Shown here one piece after another: positions 52,701-64,000 of a stretch of 64,000 nucleotides of DNA. The stretch covers positions 34,720,001-34,784,000 of the forward strand of contig OX597825.1 in NCBI GenBank assembly GCA_951406725.2, read 5' to 3'. The notes below the pieces were generated by a model, which worked only from the letters and a program-made list of their open reading frames with translations, did not search any database and was not told the origin of the DNA. The translations under genes and the position numbers were made by a program. Position 1 is the first letter of the stretch. Each line of letters starts with the position of its first letter. The DNA is from Octopus vulgaris (lineage: Eukaryota).

Positions 52701-55414
52701 AAGCCGCATGAATTGGACAGAAGGTATAAATCAACACCAGTATTTATCTGATGCTTTTTTGATTTGTCTTGGAAAGAAAGAAAGCAAAAGTTAACCCTAG
52801 AGAGGGATTTGAATCCAGAGCATAAACCTATGTAGCCAAATGCTGCCTGAATTTAGTCAAACTACTACTACTACTACCACCACCACAGGGTCAGCAGTTT
52901 TTTGTATTCTATTTTTGTATACATTTCTATTCTATTTTTTTGTTATTGTAAAATATAATTTCTTCTATCTTTCCAGGACGTTCAAACATCTATGGAAGCA
53001 AGTTGCTGCCAATTTGGATACCTATCAAAGTTACCCTCGGCTAATTGGAGGTGAGTTGCTTTCAGAAGTACTATATTAGAAACTCTGTGTCTGCCACTCC
53101 ATCACACCATCAACACTACTCTTTTATAGGTTTTAGTTTGTTTTTTTTTTCCTTGCATTTATGGAACTAAGAATTTGCCTTAAGCTAACAATAAAGCATG
53201 CATTATAATAATAATTTTTTCTACTCTAGGCACAAGGCCCAAAATTTTTGGGGGGAGGGGGACAGTTGATTAGATCGACCCCCAGTATGCAACTGGTACT
53301 TTATTTATCAACTCTGAAAAGATGAAAAGCAAAGTGGACCTCAGCAGAATTTGAATTCAAAATGTAATGACAGGCAAAGTACCACTAAGCATTTTGCCCA
53401 GCGTGCTAATGTTTCTGCCAGCTTGCCACCTTGCATTATAATAATAATGACAATTACAACAACAATAATAATAATAGACAACAGCAGCAATAATAGTAAT
53501 ATACATATACTCTTTTACTTGTTTCAGTCATTTGACTGTGGCCATGCTGGAGTACCACCTTTAGTCGAGCAAATCGATCCCAGGACTTATTCTTTGTAAG
53601 CCTAGTACTTATTCTATCAGTCTCTTTTGCTGAACCTCTAAGTTACGGGGACGTAAACACACCAGCATCGGTTGTCAAGCGATGTTGGGGGGACAAACAC
53701 AGACACACAAACATATACACACACATGCATACATACATATATATATACATATATCATCATCATCATCATCGTTTAACATCCGCTTTCCATATATATATAT
53801 ATATTTATATATATATATACGACGGACTTCTACCAAATCCACTCACAAGGCTTTGGTCGGCCCAAGGCTATAGTAGAAGACACTTGCCCAAGGTGCCACA
53901 CAGTTGCACTGAATTTGGAAACGTGTGGTTGGTAAGCAAGCTACTTACCACACACCCACTCCTGCACCTATATCTATCTATCTATATTATATATATATAA
54001 TCAAAATTAGCAACAGGATATCCAGAGGTGATGCAGTGCGAACGTTTCAAGTGGCTCCATTTAATTGAACAATACAATCATTACATCACTTTAAATATAG
54101 AACTATTCTCAGCTGCACAGATAAATAAATAGAATTTTTTTATCAGTTGGACACATTAATATAATTTTACTTAAAAACTCAAATAGAATAAGAAAACAGA
54201 CAAAGTCCATGCTGCCACCACTTCAGCTTAGAATATACTAGACTTCAGGAAAAGTTTGTTGGGGTCATAGCTTTAACAGATTTTGGTTCAGTTTTAATTT
54301 ATTAGTCTTGTTTATCAATTACCAACTCTAAGACTAGAGGATTGTGTCTGTTTGGAAAGGGCTGGAGTGAGTTGACAGTACATAGTGGGTATGGTCATAA
54401 AAATTGTCAAGATTTTTTTGAAGTTGTATAAAGTAACTGACAGTAAAGGAGGTTGGGTAGTGGAAGACCTCAAATGAAGATGTTAATTACCAGTTAAAGT
54501 GGCAAGGTACTAATAAAACCAATGATGTTAATACAAAGAAAATTTTATCATGGGGTGATTGATTATAAACAGTATTGTTATGTTGTATAAAGATAAAATT
54601 TAGGATTATCAAGAAAGATATTATAACCAAATAGATAAATTTTGTAAATATACCAAATTTTTAACAATAGAAAGAGGAAATTACATAGAATTAGTTTAAT
54701 ATTCTTTCATATACTTAATTATTTACTTATTGGGTAGTATCTATAAAGACTGATCTGGGTATTTACTAATGGAATACTGGGGCAATAAAACATGCTAACT
54801 ATATATTAATTATAAGCTAAGAGGTATATTATAAATTGTAAAGTTACCAGTGCTACTACATACATGGCATTATAATTTCCTAGGAGTACATAATTAGGAG
54901 GTCTACTTACATAAAGGCCTTTATAAAAATAATAATATGGTAGTAGGGTAGAATACTATAGAAAGGAATAAATAGTTTAATCACTAAAACCATGATGAAG
55001 TCAGTTCAACTAGGCTGGAATATTCATAGGATAGTAACTACCTGTAGCACACTAATTCACTATACTATACAGCTATGCAATGTACTTTAATTCATTATAT
55101 AACTCATTATACCAAGATTTAATTTATATATATATAATACCAGAGGGTAAGTATAATCAGATACAACACTAAAATTAAAATTAGTTTCCATCAATCCAGT
55201 TCAAGCACAGCACCTATAAACTGCTAATTTCGAAAATATTTAAATGTATGGGTGAGACTATGTACACATGATACCCTTAGCTCTAATCTATTGTTACTCA
55301 GGTTGCTCTTGTCCATATGCTTTCACCTTATTTTGAGTTGTACAGATAATACCACACTAATTTTTGGAGCTTCAACTTAAGTACCTAATTCAACTGAATC
55401 TCAATTATTTTCTA

Positions 55415-55467
<53 letters not shown>

Positions 55468-55492
55468 GCATATATGTATATATATACATATA

Positions 55493-55550
<58 letters not shown>

Positions 55551-58500
55551 TGCACACACACACAATAGAGGGTGCTGAAAAATACCTGACTTTGGGTAAA
55601 AGAAAATATAGGAGGATCAGTTAATTATGATTTTTTTCAACATATCCCCTTCTCAGATTCACATATTTATTGTAGCAGTCCTTCAGTTTTCCTATGCTCT
55701 GTAAAAGAACTTGGAAGGGCGAACAATACCTTATAGGCACACCCTCGTATAATCTGCTATATTACATATCCCTTTATCTTGTCAGATGGTTATTTCTATT
55801 CATATTTGATGTAAATCCTCATATATGGTTTTGTAATTTGTCCTAATGTATTCTATTCTTCATCCTTTTTGACAATAAACAGAAACTATTATTTTTAAAA
55901 TTTTCCTTTTATTATTTGTGACCTTTCAGAATGTGGTGGTAAGAATTTCCATTTTGCACATCCTTCTGGTGACCTTGATGCTGTAGTCAATGGATCCTTG
56001 CGCTCTGCATTTGAATATGGTGGTCAGAAGTGTTCTGCTTGTTCTAGAATATATCTGCCGGAATCTAAAGCAGATGAAGTTAAAGGAAGAATGGCTGAAG
56101 AAATCAAGAAGTTTAAAATAGGCTCTCCTTTGGAGGCAGACAGTTTTTTCTCTGCTGTTATTGATGACAAGGTAAATATGATAAACAGCTTAACTCTTTT
56201 GATACCAACCTGCTCAAAACTGCTCCTTGCTCTGTGATATAAAGTGCCTGTTTAAAGCAATCTGAATTCAAACCTTCCACCAAGATTTCATGTTAATTTA
56301 TGTTCCACACACCAGCTCATTAATGTCGGTCATTCTGTTAACTTCTTCCTTATTTTCAGTGTATTTCAACTGAAATATGGTAACGCAAGAGTTAAAATTA
56401 ATTTTTGTTTGTTTTATATCAGGCTTGCTTAGGAGAGGGGGTTTTTTTTATAAGGAAGTGAGATACATAGTTTTATATCTTAAAATTTTGTCGTCCTTTA
56501 CTCACTCAACAATAAAGTAGGATTGGCACCTGTATGCTTTTGTCGGTCAGGCAGACTGACAAAAACAGTGTTGTTGCTTAGGCTCTAGTTCATCTGTGAG
56601 TAAGCAGGCATACAATCCAATGCATTCCAGGCATGATTGTCCTTTTCTCAGTAGTTGAGCTCTCAGAGTAGTCAATGCTGAAAGCATGTATAGAACTGGA
56701 CCACATTGGGTAAACCTTCAGTATGTGATACCTCATATTTAGTATTCTCTATTTTCCTCTATACATGTAAGACACAAACTCTTCTTGTTGCACAGATACT
56801 GAGAGACATAGGCACGTGAAATGAGATGTTACCACAACGTTTTAGGTATCTTGTACTTGGATCACATTTCAAATGAGCAAGTTCACAAAACCATTCAGCA
56901 TCACATTGATATCATCCCCCATTCACACTCTCACACTACAGTGAATGAAAGAAAACTGGGATGGTATGACCAGATACATTGACCTGAGAAAGACTATTCA
57001 TCAAGGAACTGTAAAAAGGGAAAGAAGGAGCAGTAGACAGAGATAACGATTAACAGAAACATCAAGGAATGGATGGGCAAATTATTCAATGGAGAATATT
57101 TTATTTTTACGTTTAATATGATGTCAGGAAAGGAGAAAACCCTCCTAGACTGTTACAATTGATGACCCCAATAGCTAACCTGAGCATTTGTAAGGAAAAG
57201 CTTGCAGGAAAAATGTAGATGTAGAGTAAATAAGGAGTCAGCAGAAGGAAATCTGCTGAAGGTATCCAAGGACAAGGTTGATACCTCAGAAATCTCTAAC
57301 AAGAAAACAACAATAGTGATGCTGATGATTTCAAATTTTAGCACAAGCCCAGCAATTTCAGGGGAGGGGATAAGTCAATTACATTGACCCAGTCAGTACT
57401 CAACTGATACTTATTCTATTGGCTTCAAAAGGATGAAAGGTAAAGTTGGCCTCAGTGAAATTTGAACCTAAAATGTAAAGGAAAGATGGATGAAATGCCA
57501 CTAAGCATTTTGCCTGGCATGCTAACGATTTTGCTATTTCTGACAAAAAATTGTTAAAACTCAATCAGACAACACATGCGGAATGTTTGGAAAAGGAGTC
57601 AGAAGTTTAACCATCTTCTAAGCAGGTGCAGTAAACTAGCATAAAAAGAATATAAATGCAGGTATGAAGGTGTCAGTCAAAAAAGTGTATTGAGATGTTA
57701 GCCAAGTCTGTGATTTGAAGTGATGGGAAAATGGTATGGACAAAAACCAATGGCTGTCCTGTTGATTGATAATTATGGGATTTTATAGCATTTCTCCATA
57801 AATACTGATCATACTATTGAGATAAGGAGAATAGGTATGGTTGTGGAAAATAAAAGGAAGAAACATTGTGAACTTGTTGACATTCTATAATACTAGAATG
57901 GGTATTGAGGAATATCAGGACTAAGCCAGAGTAATGAAGAAATAGTGGAACACAAAGGTAAAAATAAGTCCTGTGGTAAATGGGGCACTCAGCATCCACT
58001 ACATTTAGACCGCTCCTTAAGGGGCTGAAGAATACTGGAATTGAGACAAATGTTGTTGACATGTAGGAAAAGTGCTCTCTTGCGTTCTGTCAGAATTACC
58101 AGAAAGATTCTTGAGATTCAAGAAGACTTGTCGCCAAACTTCAGGATAGCATCTCTGCTAATTAAATTATCATGTAATAGCTTTTTTGTGATAATATATT
58201 TAAATCTTGGCACAAGACCTACATTTTTGGGGGTGTGGGTAAGTCAGTTACATCAATCCCAGTGCTCAACTGGTACTTATTTTATTGACTCCCAAAAGGA
58301 TGAAAGACGAAGTTGAGCTCAGAGGAATTTGAACATAGAGCATAAAATGCTGGAAGAAGTGCTGCCCTAACATTTTGGCCAATAAAGAAATGATTCTACC
58401 AGTTCTAATAATCCTCTCTAATATAGGCACAAGGCTTGAAATTTGGGAGTGGGGGTTAATTACATTGACCCCAATTCTCAACTGGTACTTATTTTATCAA

Positions 58501-61500
58501 CCCCCAAAAGGAACTCAGATCATGAAGACAGATTAAATATTGCTAAGCATTTCTCCCACAGTGCTAACAATTTTGCCAGTTGTAATAATAACATCTTGTC
58601 TGTCATATTTATTTTTATAGTTACATTTATTTCTGTTCTAAGCAAACAGTTTGACATTGGCAAATGTATTTGTTTTGCAGGCATTTGAACGAATCAAGGG
58701 CTATATTGATTATGCTCAGTCTTCGCCCAAAACAAAAATTATTGCTGGCGGGAAGTACGATGACAGGTAAGTGGAGATAGCTTGTTATTAATTTACAGTG
58801 TGTGTTTGTGTGTGAGATCATCATCATTTTAATGTACACTTTTCTATGCTTGCATGGGTCAGACAGAAAAGAGATACAAACGCACACATACATATAAACA
58901 TAGGGACACATGTATATGTATGATGGGCTTCTAGTTTCTATCTACCATATTCTCTGAAAATTGGTTTTGATCTGACTGAGTTTATAGTAGAAGGCACTTA
59001 TCTAAGGTGCCAATCAGTGGAACTGAACCTGAAACCATATGGCTGGGAAACAAATTTCTTAACTACATAGCAATGCCCTTGCCCTATATGCATGTGTGTG
59101 TGTGTGTGTGGTTTATAAAATAATGAAATAAAAATACTTTATAGTATCTGGTTATTGAACTACATCATTTAACACCAGCTCTTGACTTATCCATTCAACA
59201 AATAAAGATCAATAAAATAATAAATTCGCTGACTAAATACAAGGCTTTGTATAATCAACTTAAATTCTGAAAGTATTGCCCCAGCATGACCACAGTCCAA
59301 AGACTGAAACCAGTAAATAAACATCAATACATATACATATACATGCATATACACATGCAGTTCATGATTCATTTTGTAGCTACTTTGTTTATGTGAGCAA
59401 ATGGGTGCAGGGAAACGTAGTCATAGCAACACTATGACTTATCAGCTCTGAATGACCAACTGAATAGACATTGTCTATTTAGTTTGTTTGTCTATCATCC
59501 TTTTGGAAGTGATAAAATTACCTGTATTTTTGGTGGTATTGATTCATTCTATTATATCCCCCTGCGCTTATAAATTTCTGGTCTTGAGCTATTAGTGATT
59601 ATTCCATTGACAGATAGTCAGATTGAGTGTTTGATGGTATCTCTTGTGTACCTTATTTTCCCATGACCCCTAGAATACAATATCCAATGTCATCTTTTAA
59701 CAGAGTAGAATGTAGTTTGTTTGAAGGTGATTTGGTGACTATTTATATCAGGTTGAGTGGCCATGTATAAGCTTCTTTGTCAGCTTGTTATACTGGGATG
59801 TAGAATTGGGATGTTGTGACAATCATGTTTTTCTCAGAAACTACAAGATACTCTTGAGCTTCAATAGGACCTCCCCCCCTCTCTCTCTCTCTCTATACAA
59901 CCCTCACCACATGTCATGATGTAATTTAATTTCTTTATATGTTTTTATTTTTCTCTTAAAGCAAAGGTTATTACATTGAACCAACCATTGTGGAAGTTTC
60001 TGACCCTAAAGATAGGCTAATGCAGGAGGTAAGTCTATATGATTTATGTTTGTCATTTCATTGTTTTGTTTTACTTGTTAACTAATATTCCATACAATAC
60101 AAGAAGGAAGTTAAGTTTAAATACCTTAACCCTTTAGCATTTAAACTGGCCATATTTGGCTCAAATATTTTACCTGTTTTATGTTCAAACTGGCTAGATC
60201 TGGCTTCTCACATCTATCCTACAATGTCATTTTAAAAACAAACACTCACATCATTGAAATGTCAAAGCTTCAAGATAAAGCATGATCAATTCAAGACAAT
60301 GTAAGTAAATGAACATTACATTTGGCAGAGCAATGTGAATGCTTCTGTGTTCTGAATTCATAACATTGTGGCTATTGACTTTGACAGTCATCCTGTTAGT
60401 ATTGTTAAAATAACTATCCGAGTTTGATTATCTTAATAGTCATCATAATAGTTGAATCAGTTATAACCATCAGAACAGTTATTGTCAATATCATCATTAA
60501 AACAGTTTTCTTAATTATTATCATCTGAATAGTTATGATCATTAGAATGATTATTGTTAATATTAAAGTCCTCATCATTATTATTGTAGTGAATACCTAC
60601 TGTTATATTTGTACTCTTGTGACTTGAACATAGATCCACAAATTGCCAGTTTGCTTTTATCGACAACTAACACCAGCTATTTGATACCAACAGATGTACC
60701 TATGTCATCACTTTCTGGACCAGTAGACTACTGCAACTGTCAGTCATCTTCACAGATGACTGGTGTCAGCAGATGTGCCTATACCATCAACTCTTGGATC
60801 AGTCAACTATGATGGTTACTTTATTATAAATATAATATAATTCCCATTTGGACTAATCAATGATTAATGAGCATTGTTGTTTTTAAAGAGCTATTGCTAA
60901 GTAGCTTTCTTATTGGAATTACTGGTAGTGTTCATTGGGCATGTAGCCCATGCCAGAGTGGCAGGGCAGTCAACAGAGTCCAGAGACACAGTACAAGGTG
61001 GAGTCTATTGGTCAACATAGCAAAAGAACCAATTTTCACAGTGTTTCAGGCAATTATCATAGCAGTGGTAGTCACAACATATGCAGTGGACAGCAGATTA
61101 CCTAATGAAATCATCAGTTCAGGGATTGTCATAGAGAAGAGTGACCAGTTCTTCAGTTATTGCCTCTAACTTGCATAGCAGCAACCAGGCTCTACAAGAT
61201 CTACTGTAAGCTCTCCAGACCATCTTTTACCAAAATTTCTGATACTTGGCTTTTTCACAATCAGCAGTTTCCTCTCACTAGTGCTGAACTTCTCTACCAG
61301 TATATATATGCATTCTTCTTCACACTGTAGAGTTGCACTATATACATATATATATAACTATGCTGCATGCAACCACCGTGTGATGCCACAACTTACAGCT
61401 TTCACAGCTATTACAGTGCCACTTCACAGATATTATAATGCAGCTTCTGCCACTCTTACAAGTGACACATCTTTCGACTGATTGTAAGCACAGGACTTCC

Positions 61501-62677
61501 TACAGACTCACTTTTACAGTGAACACACACCCTGCAGATTTACTTGCATGTATTTTATGCAAACTCTCTTGCATCTGGTGTGTTTTTCATATATATGTTT
61601 TATTACACACACACACACACACACTCACATGTATTTTCAACAAACTTGTAGAATGCTGTATTAATCTCCAAAACTTGTTAAAAATTGCCTTCTTTTGAGT
61701 TTATCTGTGACTTTGGTTCTTTTAAGTTTGTGACTTTCACTGCTTTGAATTTATTTCTTTATCGTTAATCATTTCTGTGTATTTTATTTCTGAATATTAT
61801 TTTGCTGATATTGAAATCAAAACCTGTTATCATATGTACAAATTATGATGATTAGTGAAGCTTGTCACAGCCATAATAATTTTAGAAAATTAAAATATGG
61901 CCATTGTTGAATGTTATCTTGCAGTCTTGTTAATTGTTGACTTAATATAAAATGTCTGTACATCATCATCATTGTCATCATTCTTTGCCACCACCATTAC
62001 TGTCATTACAATAATGATTCTTTTAAAATTTCTCAAGATATGTAACATCACATCACCATCATTGTTTAGCATCCATATTCAACGTATTTCTTTATTTCTT
62101 TTACAGGAAATATTTGGTCCAGTTTTGACCTTGTTTGTATATCCGGATGCAGAATATAAAACATATGCCAATTTAGTGAATGACACATCTCCCTTTGGAC
62201 TTACTGGAGCAATTTATGCTCTAGACAGGTATGTTATATATATATATATATATACACACACATGCATATATTGTCATAATTATTTAAATTTTGGGTGGCA
62301 AGCTGGCAGAATCATTAGCACATTGGGCAAAATGCTTAGTGGCATTTCATGGTTGATTGTTTTACTGTAGCAGTTGTATCCACATCCGGTTCTGTTTAGC
62401 TTGTCAGTTAAAGGTGTCAGTGCCAGGCAGAAAAGGAGTTTCAAGTCTCCTTGAAATATTCCTCTTGTAATGTGGATGGTTTTAGTTTTTATGAGTCCCT
62501 CTTTAGTCTGGAGATGCCACACTGTTTGCCATTTGTCCATGGCATGTTTTATATATTTTATTATTATTGGTGTTACCTTGTTCATGGCTTATGTTTCCAT
62601 GATCCATGCATGGGGAAAACTGTCAAAGCCTTTTGATAATCTGTCATCATTGTTGTTGGTTATTATTATTATTATTA

Positions 62678-62708
<31 letters not shown>

Positions 62709-63930
62709 CATTATTATTATTATCATCATCATCATCATTAATTTTCTTGTGGCAGAATCAGTGAGTACCAGACAGTGTCCCTTTATATTGTGTTTAATTC
62801 CCACCAGTGTCAACTTTTTGTTTCTTATCTTCCTGAGGTCAATAAAATGTCAGTGTAATACCAGAGTATCTTTAAGTGACTTGAGTTGTTCCCAAAACTG
62901 TGCTTTATCTTCATGTTAAAAATTAATATTTTTAGCAAGCAAATAAGAGAATTGGTAGAGAGGTTTATGAAATCCATGCAAATGGTGAACTTTGATGTTC
63001 ATCTTTCTAGGACCAGTACATTACATATTAGTTAAGTACTGGTGTTGATTTAATCAAGTGTACATCCTTCTCTCAAAATATGTGCCCTTGTGTCTATGTT
63101 GCAAAAGCACATGCATGGCTTAGTGATAAGGGTGTTACAGTTATGATTGCAAGATTACAGTTTCAATTCTGAGACCAGGCAGTGCATTAAGTTCTTGAGC
63201 AACACACTTCATTTCACATTGCTTCAGTTCATTCACTTGAAAATGAGCTCCAGCAATGGATGAGAAGTTAACCTTCTGACAGACTGGAGTCCTCTTCAGG
63301 ATGGAATGCTGTAATCTATGTGAGAGCATGTGACTTAGTGGTTAGGCTATTCGGCACATAATTGCAAGGTCATGGGTTCAATTACTGCTGGAGCATTGTG
63401 TCCTTGAGCAAAACATTTAATTTCACATTGCTCCAGTCCACTCAACTGGTAAAAATGAGTAGTACCTTTATTTCAAAGGGTCAGCCTTGTCATGTTCTGT
63501 GTCACAATGAATCTCCCTAACAACTACATTAAGGTTATGTATGCCTGAGGGGTGCTCATCCATTTGCACATTAATTTCACAAGTAGGTTGTTCTGTTAAT
63601 CAGATCCACTGGAACGCTCATCATCATGACTGACGGAGTTCCAGTTAGTGCCAGTTATGTCACTCATTCACCATGGAAACCAGATTAACCTTTGGCCTTA
63701 TGAGACTAGGGCACATGAAAGACCTAAATGTGCTTGAGTTAGATATAATTATTATACTATTTAACTCTTTCATTTTCTTCATGTATTTTTTTTTTCTTTT
63801 TCTGCCTATAGTGAAGCATTAGACACATTGAATGACATCTTCAGAGATTCAGTCGGTAACTATTACATCAATGATAAATCAACTGGATCTATTGTCGGTC
63901 AACAACCGTTTGGTGGAAGTCGGTTGTCAG
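26781..63930 (+). CDS. ALDH4A1: Delta-1-pyrroline-5-carboxylate dehydrogenase, mitochondrial; multi-exon gene span, last exon outside window
   Basis: 13 exons with GT-AG sites and consistent phases translate colinearly with ALDH4A1: [81 protein letters not shown]. Confidence 0.97.
27290..28124 (+). mobile_element. Tc1/mariner superfamily (maT/DD37D-like) internally deleted transposon
   Basis: MFGVITSDG...[11 protein letters not shown]...[16 protein letters not shown]...NTKDEL. Right TIR ...TTCACCGCACCCTG|TA. Confidence 0.85.
28655..29304. mobile_element. Foldback/Mutator-like MITE with ~280-bp TIRs, central (CCCTAA)n and 9-bp TSD
   Basis: GGATCTTTACCTTTTGAC...GTCAAAAGGTAAAGTTCC. TSD CAGGTGCAC at 28646-28654 and 29305-29313. 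Confidence 0.88.
30074..30295. mobile_element. piggyBac-like MITE, family 2
   Basis: TTAA|CCCTTTCATTAC...GTAATGAAAGGG|TTAA, perfect 12-bp TIR. Related copies at ~24655-24868 and 56194-56391. Confidence 0.85.
30734..30781 (+). CDS. ALDH4A1: ALDH4A1 exon ([16 protein letters not shown])
   Basis: ttctag / gtaagt; 48 nt; aligns to human PFNHGHKVAKFCYADK. Confidence 0.92.
31497..31700. mobile_element. piggyBac-like MITE family 1
   Basis: TTAA|CTCTTTAG...CTAAAGGG|TTAA. Further copies at 42887-43072 and 60130-60343. Confidence 0.8.
32300..33200. mobile_element. Two RTE LINE 3' fragments in opposite orientation (32300-32775 +, 32880-33200 -)
   Basis: MIRRMCNV...[12 protein letters not shown]...GRGRPRKTW on +; the reverse complement of the same family follows on -. 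Confidence 0.85.
33412..33567 (+). CDS. ALDH4A1: ALDH4A1 exon (DIIKKAID...IFLKAADLI...STMLGQ)
   Basis: ctccag / gtaatt; 156 nt. Confidence 0.93.
33620..34340 (+). mobile_element. Penelope-like element 3' part: GIY-YIG endonuclease remnant and downstream pLTR-like region
   Basis: C..ANC....LC...[29 protein letters not shown]...LRIKEAILI...PQIN is the Penelope GIY-YIG signature. Confidence 0.85.
34570..34650 (+). CDS. ALDH4A1: ALDH4A1 exon ([27 protein letters not shown])
   Basis: catcag / gtaagt; 81 nt. Confidence 0.94.
36092..36737. mobile_element. hAT-like non-autonomous element
   Basis: Termini CAGGGTCAGGGAAC...GTTTGCTGACCCC with GGGGTAATTTACCCC subterminal motifs; decayed. Confidence 0.5.
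36962..37033 (+). CDS. ALDH4A1: ALDH4A1 exon ([24 protein letters not shown])
   Basis: ctctag / gtaagt; 72 nt. Confidence 0.93.
37161..37965 (-). mobile_element. Helitron deletion derivative (N-terminal Zn-finger region and 3' end)
   Basis: [24 protein letters not shown]...[19 protein letters not shown]. The 3' end is CCCGAGCAATGCCAGG hairpin, then CTAG (37161-37164), then T. Confidence 0.88.
38453..39113. mobile_element. hAT MITE with 8-bp TSD containing an RTE 3' fragment
   Basis: TIR CATAGGTTCTTGAAG/TTTGAGAACCTCTG; TSD CATTTAAA (38445-38452, 39114-39121). Internal 38716-38995(-) encodes RTE C-terminus ...[21 protein letters not shown]. Confidence 0.8.
40086..40647 (+). mobile_element. 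mariner transposon 5' fragment
   Basis: [17 protein letters not shown]...[13 protein letters not shown]...[25 protein letters not shown], cut at 40647 by an RTE insertion. Confidence 0.85.
40648..41465 (-). mobile_element. RTE LINE reverse transcriptase fragment
   Basis: [44 protein letters not shown]. Confidence 0.9.
43451..44244. mobile_element. mariner-derived element made of two inverted 5' ends
   Basis: ~200-bp imperfect inverted arms, each with the TIR and the transposase start ([14 protein letters not shown].../[18 protein letters not shown]), and TA flanks. Confidence 0.85.
44760..44868 (+). ncRNA. Candidate type I hammerhead ribozyme with long stem II
   Basis: GACATGTCT-GT | CTGATGA (44771-44777) | A ACATCATTA...TAATGGTGT A | GAAAC-AGCA-GTA (44841-44852) | AT-ttatt-AGATGTGTC. 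Confidence 0.6.
45470..46425 (-). mobile_element. RTE LINE RT C-terminal part
   Basis: [25 protein letters not shown]...[12 protein letters not shown]...RGIPRKTW. Confidence 0.9.
46700..46740 (-). ncRNA. Type I minimal hammerhead ribozyme with intact core (Penelope-type)
   Basis: Minus strand: CCT | CTGATGA | GAACC-caataa-GGTTT | GAA | AATTAATT | A | AGG. All conserved core nucleotides present, palindromic stem III, UUA triplet. Confidence 0.8.
47874..47948 (+). CDS. ALDH4A1: ALDH4A1 exon ([25 protein letters not shown])
   Basis: tttcag / gtaaga; 75 nt; contains the oxyanion-hole Asn (PFNF). Confidence 0.95.
48650..49345 (+). mobile_element. RTE LINE RT C-terminal part
   Basis: Same family as 45470-46425, in the opposite orientation. 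Confidence 0.85.
51182..51369 (+). CDS. ALDH4A1: ALDH4A1 exon ([12 protein letters not shown]...GINFTGSVK)
   Basis: tttcag / gtaagt; 188 nt; phase 0 to 2. Confidence 0.96.
52977..53050 (+). CDS. ALDH4A1: ALDH4A1 exon ([24 protein letters not shown])
   Basis: ttccag / gtgagt; 74 nt; phase 2 to 1. Confidence 0.95.
55566..55750. mobile_element. Short mariner deletion derivative
   Basis: TA GAGGGTGCTGAAAA ... GCACACCCTCG TA termini. Confidence 0.55.
55930..56171 (+). CDS. ALDH4A1: ALDH4A1 exon with catalytic Glu (split codon) and Cys (ECGGKNFH...GQKCSACSR...SAVIDDK)
   Basis: tttcag / gtaaat; 242 nt; phase 1 to 0. Confidence 0.97.
56760..57080 (+). mobile_element. RTE LINE 3' remnant
   Basis: [14 protein letters not shown]...KLGWY...[15 protein letters not shown]...NIKEWMG. 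Confidence 0.55.
57570..58125 (+). mobile_element. R4/Dong-like LINE 3' remnant (CCHC and restriction-like endonuclease)
   Basis: C..FGK...[16 protein letters not shown]...V and PVVNGALS...[15 protein letters not shown] pattern; heavily decayed. Confidence 0.55.
58681..58766 (+). CDS. ALDH4A1: ALDH4A1 exon ([29 protein letters not shown])
   Basis: ttgcag / gtaagt; 86 nt; phase 0 to 2. Confidence 0.94.
59962..60028 (+). CDS. ALDH4A1: ALDH4A1 exon ([22 protein letters not shown])
   Basis: ttaaag / gtaagt; 67 nt; phase 2 to 0. Confidence 0.93.
62107..62228 (+). CDS. ALDH4A1: ALDH4A1 exon ([14 protein letters not shown]...[12 protein letters not shown])
   Basis: ttacag / gtatgt; 122 nt; phase 0 to 2. 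Confidence 0.95.
62345..62740 (-). mobile_element. R4/Dong-like LINE RT fragment next to a (TAA)n array
   Basis: [22 protein letters not shown]...[10 protein letters not shown]...INH. (TTA)n at 62660-62740 matches the known Dong target type. Confidence 0.75.
63812..63930 (+). CDS. ALDH4A1: ALDH4A1 penultimate exon ([39 protein letters not shown])
   Basis: ctatag / gtaagt; 119 nt; phase 2 to 1. Confidence 0.96.
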
Positions 63931-64000
63931 GTAAGTTATCATCCCAGTAATTTGACTTCATACAGTCTGAAGTGTACTCTAACTATTTGCTTTATCTAAA

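Noticed and set aside
54000-55350. AT-rich 1.3-kb block, possibly an old L1-like 3' end with half a hammerhead (GAAAC-GTTC-GCA, minus strand, ~54035-54050)
   Set aside because: Too decayed to assign by eye, and the CTGATGA half was not found.
60600-61270. ORFs of 67-100 aa in the intron
   Set aside because: No recognisable domain; probably decayed repeat sequence.

Overview
Repeat-dense animal genomic DNA, most likely octopus or another coleoid cephalopod (inferred from the tRNA-SINE families, abundant RTE LINE remnants and long TACA/TA/CA microsatellites; not verified by search). One host gene is well supported: ALDH4A1 (mitochondrial delta-1-pyrroline-5-carboxylate dehydrogenase) on the + strand. 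It has 13 phase-consistent GT-AG coding exons from 26781 to 63930, a candidate first coding exon at 20378-20403, and its last exon lies beyond the window. The rest is mostly decayed mobile DNA: a Gypsy LTR-gag-pro fragment, RTE, Tx1 and R4/Dong LINE pieces, two Helitron deletion derivatives, mariner/maT remnants, piggyBac-, hAT- and Mutator-like MITEs, and SINEs. The most interesting signal outside the ORF track is a set of Penelope-type minimal hammerhead ribozyme motifs. One has an intact core on the - strand (46700-46740), a tandem pair with an intervening 30-bp hairpin sits on the + strand inside an ALDH4A1 intron (44551-44868), and a ribozyme-like stub is fused to a 116-bp near-perfect palindrome between 12-bp direct repeats (10973-11156). 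Further degenerate copies and a Penelope GIY-YIG remnant are also present. All RNA-structure calls are by eye and untested.
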